Positions 50,001 through 61,535 of a DNA stretch of 64,000 nt are shown piece after piece. This stretch comes from Ostrea edulis (lineage: Eukaryota). The stretch spans positions 71,982,001 to 72,046,000 of the forward strand of contig NC_079165.1 of assembly GCF_947568905.1 (NCBI RefSeq), given 5' to 3'. Positions within the stretch are counted from its first letter, which is position 1, and each line of letters opens with the position of its first letter. Position numbers and translations under genes: made by a program. Below the pieces are notes generated by a model. It worked only from the letters and a program-made list of their open reading frames with translations, had not been told where the DNA came from and made no database searches.

Positions 50001-52046
50001 TTGGTTAACGTTCAAGAACATACAATCCATACTCGGTTTCATTGTGACACTGTATAGTAAAGTAGAAAATGCATTTCAATATGCAAGAATTTTTTCAACA
50101 TATCTTAAACTTACGGGCAACTGGAGTTTTTCTGTATATGCTTTTGCTGATCGTTGTAAAGCGTTCAGTTCCTTCAAGGCGTCATCAGATAGATTCTTTA
50201 CTACAGTTTCCTTCGATTTCTGTATGATATGAAACAACTTGGGTCCCCATACTTGATCTACATGACTAGATGCAATGGGCCGTTTTTCGGACGTTTTCTG
50301 GAACTGCAAAGATTCGTTCGACTTATTTGAAATACAACTGTTAAGCACCAGTGGCTTTTTTACCAATAGCTTAAACTCTTATGGCTGAAATACATGATGT
50401 TTTGTGTCTAGCTTCCCCCTCCGTAATACCCCATTCTGTCACATGCTTACCTCCTTCAGGCTAAATCAGGAGAGCTTTTCTGATGCAAGTCCGTCCGCTC
50501 TCTATCGACGTCAGTTTACTTTTCATATTTTCGATTTCTAATTTATTCAAACTTGCCACGGAGTATTTTTGTCTTTATATGAAAGGACTGGTGAAAAAGT
50601 GCAAAAAATGATTGTTTACCATTATCTATAACGGCAATTATAGGTGACCTGGCAAAATCTGATGAAATTTATTTTTCTCTCATCTTAAGCATGGGAAGAC
50701 AACTCATATAAAATGATTTGCATTGACTTGTAGCAAATCATCTCTAAGCACTTGCCCTGTGAAGTTACTATATCATCTATCTAACTTTTGAAGAAGAAAA
50801 AACAAACTATATTTTACTATTCTGTATGGAACCTAATCTATATAAGAACCTTCTTTATTGCATGTATAGCGTTGATTCAAGTTCGTTTGAAACGTTCAAA
50901 CCATGACCCATGGACCATCATCAGGAATTTCGGTTTTGCATAGAAGTATCTGAATATCGAAAATGATAATAGCTTGTCAAATTATCTTGCACGCATTCTG
51001 AGACATGTAGTTGTCCAGTTGTAGATCTGTATGTATAGTTCGGCTGATGTCAGTTTCCAGTCTAGGTCCAGGTAACCGTTGATCTCACGTGTTCCGTGTG
51101 AATCCATTATAAGACATCCAGATCACAATATATGACAGTTCCATAGGCACACGTTGCAAACAGAGCTATTAAAATCAATAAGCTATTTGTGTGAATAAAA
51201 ACTCCTCTTCGATGTGCATTCTGATCGAGTTATCAATCTGGAGGGAAAATCCTATCCGATGAGGGATTTGATTCTGGAGAGAACCAAAGAAGATTTCCAA
51301 TCTAGAGTAGTATTCCGGGGATGGGGGGGGGGGGGTCTGAGTGTATGTGAGAAACCCTACTCTAGAATAGTATTCCGTAGGGGGGGGGGGGGTCTGACTA
51401 AAATGTATGGGGAAAATCCTACTCTATAATACCAATATGTATTGTGCATAAAAACGGTTTGTTTATGATTATTAAGTAGAGTACATGTGAGTAAGCAAAT
51501 AAATCAATGTTCTATATGCGTCAACATCATCACCATCTTCTTTATCAATTGTTTTCAATAAAAACACCCACCGTTTTTGGATCTGACTGCTTGAGTTTCT
51601 TCTCCAGTTCCATTAGTTCTTTGTATTCCATTTTAGCCATTATAATCATACTCTGTTCAACATGTGCTCCCATTTTACCGAGCAGCTTCTCTAGGTTAGT
51701 CCTATAATGTTCCTCTAATCCGGGTGGCTTGATGTCCACTGTGCCTTGTCCCAATGCTCGTCCAGAGGACGAATGCTTTGGCGTTTTGATAGTGCGGCCA
51801 AATGAAGACCTTAGAACTACTGTAACACAAGAAAATATATGAAAACTATAGTTATTTAACAGAAAACGTCGTTTATTCTAACAGAATGTCATATTGTTCA
51901 TTGAACTGGTGTCAAAAATTTTAAAGACGTATTGTGTTTCTTAGTGGGAAGTACTAAAGTTGAGAGCGTGCAATGGTGTACAGGTACATCAAATACATTT
52001 GTTTACGTTGGTGATCCTACTTTCGATTTCACTTACCTTCAGCCAT
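47003..52046 (-). CDS. Mieap-like paralog F (about 545 aa)
   Basis: Exons: 52046-52037 (ATG GCT GAA G|gtaagt), 51819-51572, about 50369-50115, 49974-49607, 49433-49232 (NPNMADLSDKNRPTKIGEKFGCLYDEEW), 49049-48933 (YAYDFCKK), 48821-48681, 47299-47003 (WLMCIQDPP...VWPVLFLHSRGPIVSKGYV). Phase-compatible with no stops. Confidence 0.85.
47685..47788 (-). pseudogene. Decayed duplicate of the penultimate exon inside the last intron of paralog F
   Basis: Reads ...KEGLKEATGLKSVPE*QE|gt versus the real exon ...KEFRKAAGIKTVPELQE|gt. It has a stop and a length of 104 nt, not a multiple of 3. Confidence 0.55.
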
Positions 52047-52854
52047 CTTGATTATATGGAACGAAATTGTTGAATTGCTCCCTTTACAATATTAAATTAA
52101 AGATCCCTATTCCTATTCATAGTAAGCATATTCGTATGATATCTAGGTCTTCACGTAAAATCTATTAAATGCCCAATAGCGATGGTAAACAATACAAAAT
52201 CAATACACCGAGGCACTAAGCGGGGTGACTTAGAAATCGGCTTAGTGTAAAATGCTGACAGTGGAATAATGGAGAGGCGTATAGTCGCTGTCAAATGTCA
52301 ATCGCAGACACTGTTAAATCTACAAAGTTATGCAAGTGTGGAGTTTATGTCAAATATCAATCATAGTCCATACTGCATAGTCAAATCTTGTAACCTATAT
52401 AAACAGTATGTTATCAATCCTCTAAAAAAAACTGTCAGGTTATCATACATATACATGTACCTTCGAAATCAAACAGTAAATCGGATATCTTTTGATAGCA
52501 CTATATTCAGATTACATAAACGACCGAAACAGTCATTTTATACGGCCGACGAATTATAGGGCGTGATATGATACGACAATGTTCTAATGTCCGTCCGTCC
52601 TTTCGGGGTTTTCTGATTCTATTTTCACTCACTTGATGTGTACATCCTTTGTGAGTCACACTGGAGCAATTTTCACTCATTTCGATCTCTCTTGCAAGAG
52701 TTTTCCCCCTTTAATTAAATTTAACATGGAAGATACATGATTAGTCCGTCTAACTTCTTCCATAGTTTTCCGTTAAAAACGGAGGTCTCGTTTCGTGGCA
52801 TGCAATGTCACGATAATCATAGAACCCTCACTGCTACGACCCTGAGTGCTAAGC

Positions 52855-52920
52855 ATTTCGTCGCCTCCTATGACACGCAAGGAGTACTGAGGATCTATTC
52901 TAACCCGGATCCCTACGGGA
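52855..52920 (-). mobile_element. SINE-like repeat, partial copy
   Basis: gtcgcctcctatgacacgcaaggagtactgaggatctattctaacccggatccctacggga. Confidence 0.6.
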
Positions 52921-54769
52921 TGTTTTGGTGGAAGATGAGCGCTAAGATTTTCCGGAGGAAGACCATGCACCATCTTGTGGAAGTAGATAAATTTATTATT
53001 TTAGTCTCCTGATGATTGGGGTGTCCCATCTGACTTCTTTTAGAGGCTTTCCATTGGATGCTAGTTTTATTGCACCTGAGACAATTCTAGCCGCTTCTGC
53101 ATTCAGATTTTCTAGTTTATTAGCTAGATAGGACGATATGTTCTCCATATGATATCTGCATATTCAAGAATTGGTCGAATATTACAGAAATATAGCAATA
53201 TAGCATTTATGAAGTTATGAAGCCAAGACTTCAAGATGTGCATATATTGCAGGGATTTTCATTCCCAACTATTTAATATTTTCTTTGATGTTTAAAAAAA
53301 ATGTCAAAACATGCATGTAAATAAGATCTGCATTCCCTGTGGGTTTTGTTTTATTCAGCCTGTTAAAAATCCCGGTGGAGGAAATAATCAAATCGACAGA
53401 CGAAAGAAAACAGTTGATTAGCAGCGCTCCAAACCTCGACATCATTGAAAGTCCCGTACAGGTGTGTGCCAGAAATGGTTTAGATCGTTACAAAAGATAT
53501 TTTTTAAAAATCCCTGGAGCTAAAAGAGAACTATTCAAATCGTACCCATCACTATTCATACATGAATCGTAATTTAAAAATTCACTTAATTTGGTTGTGT
53601 ATTTATCTCGTGAGTTTTGGTGTTTGTGTGAATCGAATAAATCAGGCATTGTTACAAAAGTTTTGAAAACCTTATGTAAGCATATACAGTTTTATAGTGT
53701 GGAATAAACTTCATGGGAGAGAGATTACTATGACTTGTTTACGAATTAACTGGGACGTCATTATCTGTATGGCGCAATCTGATTGGCTGATGGTTCTCAT
53801 TACTCCAAACGAAAGGTCATGCGGTCGTGACCCTCTATTGGGTTACTTCATATCCTTGTGTAGCGATCTACGTAAGCGGATCAAAGAATTTGATTTTAAT
53901 TAGACTGGTCCAAAGACGCATTTGCAACAGATGTGTAAAAACATGATTTTTTCTTGACAGTTCCCTTCGTGTGCATAGATTAAGAGGAGGAATAGGGCTG
54001 TTATTTAGTTTTCATTGAAACTCCACCGGGTCCTTTTCTCTGAAGTCCACGGTCAGTATTTTACACTAAGCCTTTCCAATCTTGTGCATTAAAAGAGGTT
54101 ATCTTTCACCAATGAAAAACATCCTCTAAGTGAAATATTACATTGTATGGAGAAGATTTCCTCCTTGCTAATTTTATACTACTGTACCTGACTTTTTAAA
54201 ACTGGAATTGAATGGTTATAAAGTTAACACCCGGGTTCAATCGTCGGCGCCGTGCATCTAGTAGTAAATCACCTAACCAATCAGACTGTCGCCTAACAAG
54301 CGATTTTTTCCTTCTTACTATTACCTAGCTGGTGAGAGGCCTGTAAGGGGATAAAAGTTCACGGACTTCACAAACTCCCTTTGACACCCTCTTACCTTTT
54401 TATAATCAAAACAAAATTAATGTGAAGTCCAGATAAATTCACGAATTCTTCGTCCATATATTTCAATTTCCATCTTATTTTACTTTTAAGTTACAGTTTT
54501 ACTAGATTGAATGATTAAAAAAAAAAAAAATTATGTAAACAACCAGAGTCCTCTCTGTGTCTGGGTTGTGTTTAAAGGGAGCGAAGACCTTTAAGATTCC
54601 GCCAAGTCAACTTCTTAAATTTCTGTGAAACGAATTCCTCATAATATATTTATTAGTCATTTTACAAGAAATAGAACACTTTCATAGATGTACATGTATA
54701 TGTTAATAGGGGGGAAAATTTGAAACCTTTATATAAACATTTTTCTCTCATTTTTAATTATTGTTTAAC

Positions 54770-54985
54770 GACTCGCTCGAGAGTTTTTCACTTATATGGA
54801 GGCGTCACTATTGCCGGTGAAGGGCTGCAAAATTTACTAACGGCCTTTTTAGCAGGGAGGGGTCTTTATCGTGACACGAGGCCTCCGGTTTTGTTGTCTC
54901 ACACGAAGGACCACCCCATGCAATTGGTCGCTTCTTACGAGAAGCAAGGGGTACTGAGGACCTATTCTAATCCGGGTCTCCACAG
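54770..54985 (-). mobile_element. SINE-like repeat, copy 5
   Basis: cgctcgagagtttttcacttatatggaggcgtcac...gaggacctattctaatccgggtctccacagga. Confidence 0.65.
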
Positions 54986-55719
54986 GACCATCAACACAGA
55001 ACATGCAAGAAAACCATATTTTTATATGCCAACAATTTGAAAGTAGTTATTTTCTACTTTCATTTTCTGTTATCTATAACTGTTCTATTTCCTGGTGTGT
55101 GCATGCGCACGCGTGCGTGCTATCCATAAAGACAAACCTGTTCATTGTGTGGACCCTAAGGTCCACAGAGAGTTAAACTGGATGTTATGGGGAAAGTCAG
55201 CTTGCGCATGTATGTTTTTCACCGGAGCCAACCGGAACATCGCTCGACCTTTTCCGTCAAGTCGAGATAATAAACATGGGTGCCTCTACTTGACGAAAAA
55301 GACTCAGCAATGTTCTGATTGCACCGAAGTTCACAATCATAGCTACTCGGACATATATCGCTCGAGTAAATAGCCGAGTAGTCCCGATTGTGGAGTTTTA
55401 TTGATAGATTGGAACGTTACAGGGTACCACATGACCATACACACCTATGTTCACGCTTTACGTCTCGTGTGATCTTATGATCCACGCCTGTCAACTCGAC
55501 GTGATCCGACACTTCAGATCAAATTACTGTAGTAATAATATATATTCATATTCACAAATGTTTCCCAAAAAATATAAGAAAAACAATTCTGGTAATTTGC
55601 AGCTTGTTTTTGCTGTACATTACAAATGAAAAGATAAGAAAGAATACCATTGTGTGAATTTGTCATTTATTGATTTAACACATGACTACCAACTAGAATT
55701 GCATATTACATAATCATGG

Positions 55720-56045
55720 AAGATGAAGATGATAACGAGCAGTGATCAATCTCATAAATCCCATAAGCAATACAAAATAGATAGTTGGGCAAACACAAAC
55801 CCCGGACACACAAAAGGCGGGATCAGGTGCTCAGGAGGAGCAAGCATCCCTTGCCGACCGGTCACAACCGCCGTGAGCCTTATATCTTGATCAGGTAAAC
55901 GGAGTTATCCGTAGTCAACATCAGTGTACCACGAATGGTCTAACAATCGATAGGAAACGCGTCAGACAGTATTTGAGCCATTGATAGGTTGTAATGGCAA
56001 ACTAGATCGTTAAGACACCATAGAAATTGCGAAATGTTGACTACA
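55720..56045 (-). mobile_element. PLE 3' fragment (diverged)
   Basis: gatgaagatgataacgagcagtgatcaatctc...ccatagaaattgcgaaatgttga. Confidence 0.75.
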
Positions 56046-56099
56046 TAACAATGAATTGCTTGGGCTTAAATCAGAGAATTGACTAATAACTACAAAATG

Positions 56100-56275
56100 A
56101 CTAGATTGATTGATTGATTGATGTTTTCCGCCACACTCAACAATTTTTCAGTTATCTGGTGGCGCCCAGTTTTTATCGGTGGAAGAGAGAACCCAGATAC
56201 AATGTATCTGGGAAGAGACCACCGACCTTCCGAAAGTAAACTAGGAAACTTTCTAACTTACCGGCGCGAACGGAA
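56100..56275 (-). repeat. Possible second SINE-like 3' end with a (gatt)n tail
   Basis: gattgattgattgattgatgttttccgccacactcaacaatttttcagttat... resembles a short-repeat retroposon tail. Only one copy in the window. Confidence 0.4.
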
Positions 56276-58204
56276 TGACTAGATAGTTTTAAAACAAGTT
56301 GATAGTCACATGACACAAGTAACCAAACCAATAAAACATGTACAAATGCTAAAAAACAATAACTGTAGCAAAAAGGTGGTGCACTGGGTGGCGTAGCAAC
56401 TCAAATGCTATATACACCCTCACATGCTTTATAATCTTTGGTAGAGGTACAACAAAACACATACACTTTCATGGGCGCCGCCGTTACTGTTGACGCTTAG
56501 AATCCAAAAGATTACAGTAGTCAAACCTGTATTAAGAGACCGTCCAACGGAGAATGGAAAAAAGGTCACATATGACAGGTGGTCTCTTATTACAGGTTGC
56601 CTATTTTCCGCTGTTAATGGATAAAATTTCGGAAATAATGTGTACAATGGAGAAAATTACTACATGTATTTGGAATTTATCATTAAGAATATCAAGTACG
56701 GTTTTAATAGTTGTAAAATAAAATTAATAATACACTGTAGTTAAAAATCTAGAATACAATGTGTTGTATCATATTTTTTTTTATTCATCAAAATTTACAT
56801 TTAATCTATTAAAGAATGATAAACTTTGCATGTATTTCATATTACACATTTACATGCATGAGATTTAAAAATTATTTATGAACTGCATGTAAATTTTCTA
56901 AAACTTATAAACATTTAGTTGTAAAGGGTATTTATGTATAGTCTACTTTTACCGTGTAACTAAAAAATGCAATGCTTGTGGTAAGAAAGCAAATAGTGAA
57001 GTGTTGCGTCTCCTTTTGTACAATCAGTGCACCCAAAGTCAATAAAAGCGTGCAATTGAGGGTTTCAAAATCATAGTTTATCGACCATTCAAAATATATA
57101 TGGTAACATGCGTTCATTAATGGTAAATATCTGTTGAACACTCACCTCAAATTGTTTCAAGTTAAGTATGACAGATTTTTTTTTACAGTCGGTCAAAGTA
57201 TGGTATATTTTTCGAGATTTTTCTCACATGTAACCTTCGTTACTGAGTCCTTGACATGATAATATGTAAGATAAACATTAATTTTCCATGTATTATTCCA
57301 TAACTTGTATTGGAATTGACTGAGCATATATTTTTCTAATTTGCGAAAGACAATAAATACAGGTTTTCAAAGAAAATATTTAATCAACACAACAAGAAAT
57401 TATCTGCTGTAAAAGTCAGCAATAAGATTTTAAGAGCGCAAAATAAACGACTAGATATCACTTTCAATATCTTTGAAATGGCAAAAAATAAAATTGATTA
57501 ACAAATATTCTCGAACAGTTCAATATGTATGAAACATGAAAACAAAAGACTAGTAATAGATATAGAACGATAGCTTTTTTGTATGTAAATGAAGTAGCGC
57601 TATAATTATGTAACGTATGTTTCAACACTTACATAACAGTACATCCATGAAAATATTATGCCAAAACGATGTCACCATCAGTTATTCTTTACGATTGATG
57701 TTGCAAAATCATAACGACATCACTTCATTCAATGGAAATACCAATTTTAATAGAAATATAACGTAGACAAGCAAAAATTTTTACCAAATGTGTCTTTTCT
57801 TCTGAATTTATTAATTTGCAATAAATGTGCGATTAAAACAAAAGTGATAGATTGATGTTTCGCTATATAAATGCCAATGATTCTTATAGAAATAACAGAC
57901 ACATATTTTGAAACCTGGATTGCTCTTTGTTATAATAAACAATGAAAGTAACGTATGTTTCTTATTTTTCCTTTCATTACTATAAACACATCATTTCTAT
58001 TCAAAAAATGGAAAGAATCATATGTACCCATTTCTAACAATCTGTTTACAATAATAATATAAAGAAAATGTTTAATTTCCCAACATTTTGATTAAATGTA
58101 TACCGAATCTTATGTTTTTGTTGATTATTTTGGAATACTTTTCCATAGAAACTGTCAGTATAATCCACCACGCGGCGTTATGAATGAATATTTAACGTGA
58201 ACCT

Positions 58205-58380
58205 TAAGACATAGATGTCCCCTATTAATTTTGAGGTCAAAAGGACAACGGTTAAACTACTCTGGACATACGCTATTGTCCGTTGAGAAATCTTTCCTTG
58301 ATAGACATCAAACTTGAAACACTGGTGCCCCTTATGAATAGATGACCCCCATTGGATTCCAAGTCACAAGGTCAAAGGTC
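58205..58380. repeat. Single diverged monomer resembling the about 166-bp oyster satellite (Cg170/BIV160-like)
   Basis: gatgtcccctattaattttgaggtcaaaagg ... gatgacccccattggattccaagtcacaaggtcaaaggtca, with period about 135-170 bp. Similarity is recalled from memory, not searched. Confidence 0.45.
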
Positions 58381-60152
58381 ATACAAAATTACTCAAATGA
58401 CCAGTTGCTTATAAGTATTTTGAGAGACAAAACTTCCATGTATCATTATGGTAGCCTTTGACCGGTAGTTAAACCTTTATTTTCACCGTCTATACAGACA
58501 TTCTACCTTTTCAGTATTGCCACAAGGGGAGGATATAATATTATTTCTAAAACATTTTTTTCATGGTTCTTATGTTTTAATACATTTTTTTCATGGTAGT
58601 TATTCTGTACTTCTACTCTCGCAAGCGCCATTTCTGAAAAAGATAAATAAAAAATTAAAAACAAGTAGAATAATATTACGTAACGGAATTTCTGGTAACA
58701 TATGTTACACTCAGATAAAATATTTTTGAATGATTTCTCTATAAGATTGCATAGAACAATCATCAGAGATTAGTCCCTTCATTTCTAAGATATATTATGA
58801 AAAGATGCTGAATTCTAGCAAATTGATAAATGTAGAGTTGCATAGTTACATGTATCATAAATAGGACAGTAGCAGAGGAAAACATGGCCTGTATTTCTTG
58901 CAGAGGATATCTGTATATGCTAGTGAATACGGGAACAATAACACATTTGTTTCTTCATAACATAGTTGATATTCAACAAACATATCATTAATGATTATAT
59001 TTTGTCAATATGTAGTTCAATATTTGATGTCTAATCAAGCATTTCATTAAGTAGCATACGTTACTTTGAGTAACGTATGTTACCAGCATTCTACTCAATG
59101 TAATTCTTACACCAGAAGAATTTCGAGAAATTTGGAATACGATATACATTCTTTGATATCAGAAGAACAAATTCAGACCAAAACATTCCATCTGCTTAAT
59201 CAATATTGTATATCAAACATTGCAGTTGTTGTAACAGTACTTACCGTAAGAGAAAATTAATCCTAATTCTCAAAGTTTAACACGTATTGACTTTCAAACT
59301 CAAATGTTCATAGTAGACGTTCATGTCGTATACAACACCATGCAGAGAGAGAGCAAAAATACGCCGGAAATTGTTCTATCATTCCCTTTAATTAATTTCT
59401 CGGTAACGAATGTTACATCACGAATGTTACATCTTGACACGTTTGTCAAATTTCAGACCAACCAATGACTTCTGCAAAAGAAATGTTTATATTTTCATTC
59501 TCTGTACACTACGAGATTTTCATAAAAGGGGTAACATTTGCTCTGCAAATACGTTTTCTTAAAAAGTTTATTGTATCGTATGTTACATTTCTAAAATCAG
59601 AATGCAAAATTTTGAGAATATGATGACTTCTTCTCAATGCCACATCCAAATATCGCTTGATGAATATTTTGCCACAGTTTTTGAATATTTTAGCGCCAAA
59701 ATAGATCAAAAACATAAAGATAATGCGAAATCTTTGTCCATACATTGGGTGTTTAATTGACCCTATGATCACAAAATATAATCTGGCGACATGGAGTAAT
59801 ATATACACCACTGCTTAAAATCATACGCAAAAGTTGTTTAACTTTTATTGAATGAAAATTTAGGAAATACAAATGATATTAACGCAAAGAAAATTTAAAA
59901 ACACGCTCTCAGATTTTTATATTTGCTTGTTCAATTTTAAAAATTGAGTCGGCGACAGTCACGTACGTTACAAAATTAGGGTATCTACGCTTCCTACCAA
60001 GTTTATAAGTAAAGGGGAAATAAAAAGTATACCATGCCTAGGGAGGCTATGGGTCCATGAATGTATAGCACACAAAATATATGATTTGGTATAGCTTATT
60101 TTCTAATAAAGTGCCGGCGACATCGATTGCACGCTTTTATTGACTTTGAGTG

Positions 60153-60331
60153 AGTGGCGTAGCTTCCATTGAGGCAACCGAGGCAGCTGCCTCGGTAAAA
60201 AAAAAAACACCAAAAAACCCACCTTTTACGTTGTTAAAATGTCGATAGCTTCTGGGGGGCGCCCCCACCCCCACCCCCCCCCCCCCCCACCCCCCCAGCC
60301 TCGGTAATATTCGAACCCAAGCTACGCCTAT
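60153..60331. mobile_element. MITE with short TIRs (agtggcgtagctt ... aagctacgcctat)
   Basis: Inverted termini with an internal A-run and C-runs. Confidence 0.6.
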
Positions 60332-60866
60332 GACAATACATGCTGGAAATATGTTATTCAATTTGAGGAACAATAAATAAATCACAATATCCATTGTACA
60401 TGCACAGCAAATCTTTTAAGCTTAGAACTAACGCAGGCAATTTTTTTGAACTCGGACGTTTCAAATACTCGGGACATGTCGAAGTGAGCCGCTAGTTCCG
60501 GTCATTATTCTGGAAACCTTTAGTATCTCATGCAGGAAAAACTGCGAATACTCCGTTTAAAATTTCAGTCCTAAGCACAATATTTACCTGATTTATATCG
60601 CAATCGGGCAAATTTTTTACTCTGTTGAACATAATGGTATAACAAGTGATAGATTTTCATTTCCGATCTAGCCTACCCGACACTCCTTAAAGTTTGTCGA
60701 AATACACACCTTCAAATACACCGTCTTTGATTTCCTGATTCTGTTAAATAAACAACAACTCGGGTTTTATTAATTAACCACACACGACACTGCATGTTGA
60801 CAGCTTGGGTATAATAATTTATTCATAGGGCCGACTAAACAAGATCATCATCAAACTGTGCGTATC

Positions 60867-61000
60867 AAAACGAAAGTGTTAGGGGCGATAATTCCCAGAA
60901 TAGTCGTGCGTTTGAAAACGAAAGTGGTAGGGGCGATAATTCCCAGAATAGTCGTGCGTTTGAAAACGAAAGTGTTAGGGGCGATAATTCCTAGAATAGT
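60867..61000. repeat. About 3x48-bp tandem repeat
   Basis: Unit aaaacgaaagtgttaggggcgataattcccagaatagtcgtgcgtttg. Confidence 0.9.
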
Positions 61001-61155
61001 CGGCTCAACCGAAATCGAAAGTAGTAATCATGTTGTAATCGAAAAATGTACAGTCGTTAAATAGAGGTAAAATTTCGTGAAAATACACGAAAAGGTTGTA
61101 AAAATCATAGGCGTTGGTCGCGTTAGACAAACTTTTAAAAAAAAAAAAGAAGACT

Positions 61156-61535
61156 TTTTACTAATAGATGTATTCCCATTTAAGACTTTGACACCCTATT
61201 GTGGTCCCACTTTATCCCCGGGGCTCTTGAATTGGGCTTGTTTGAATTTCCACTCATTAAGGAAGCTTTCATATAAGTCTTCTGGTTCAGTGGTTTTTGA
61301 GAAGATCTTTAAAAGATGCCCCCAAATTTTAACCATTTTTTAATAATCCCTGTTTGAAAGGGTGTGTCCTTCGTTTGAATAAGTACCGAATGATGCTTTG
61401 CGGTAAGTTTCGTTGAAATTGGTCTAGTGGTTCTGGAGAAGAAGTCGTAAATGTGTAAAGTTTACAGACAAAAGGACGGACAAACAGACAACAGGTGATC
61501 AGAAAAGCTCCCTTAATAGCTCGGGTGAACTAAAA
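61156..61535 (+). mobile_element. Non-autonomous Helitron/Helentron-like (HINE-type) oyster repeat
   Basis: Ends ...tttacagacaaaaggacggacaaacagacaacaggtgatcagaaaagctc...gggtgaactaaaa: a microsatellite-like tract, a subterminal hairpin and a T/A-rich junction. Assignment is from recalled family structure. Confidence 0.5.

Noticed and set aside
53360-53461. Possible plus-strand exon (ttcag|...LLKIPVEEIIKSTDERKQLISSAPNLDIIESPVQ|gtgtgt)
   Set aside because: The splice signals are plausible, but I found no partner exons or recognisable domain, so I could not support a gene.
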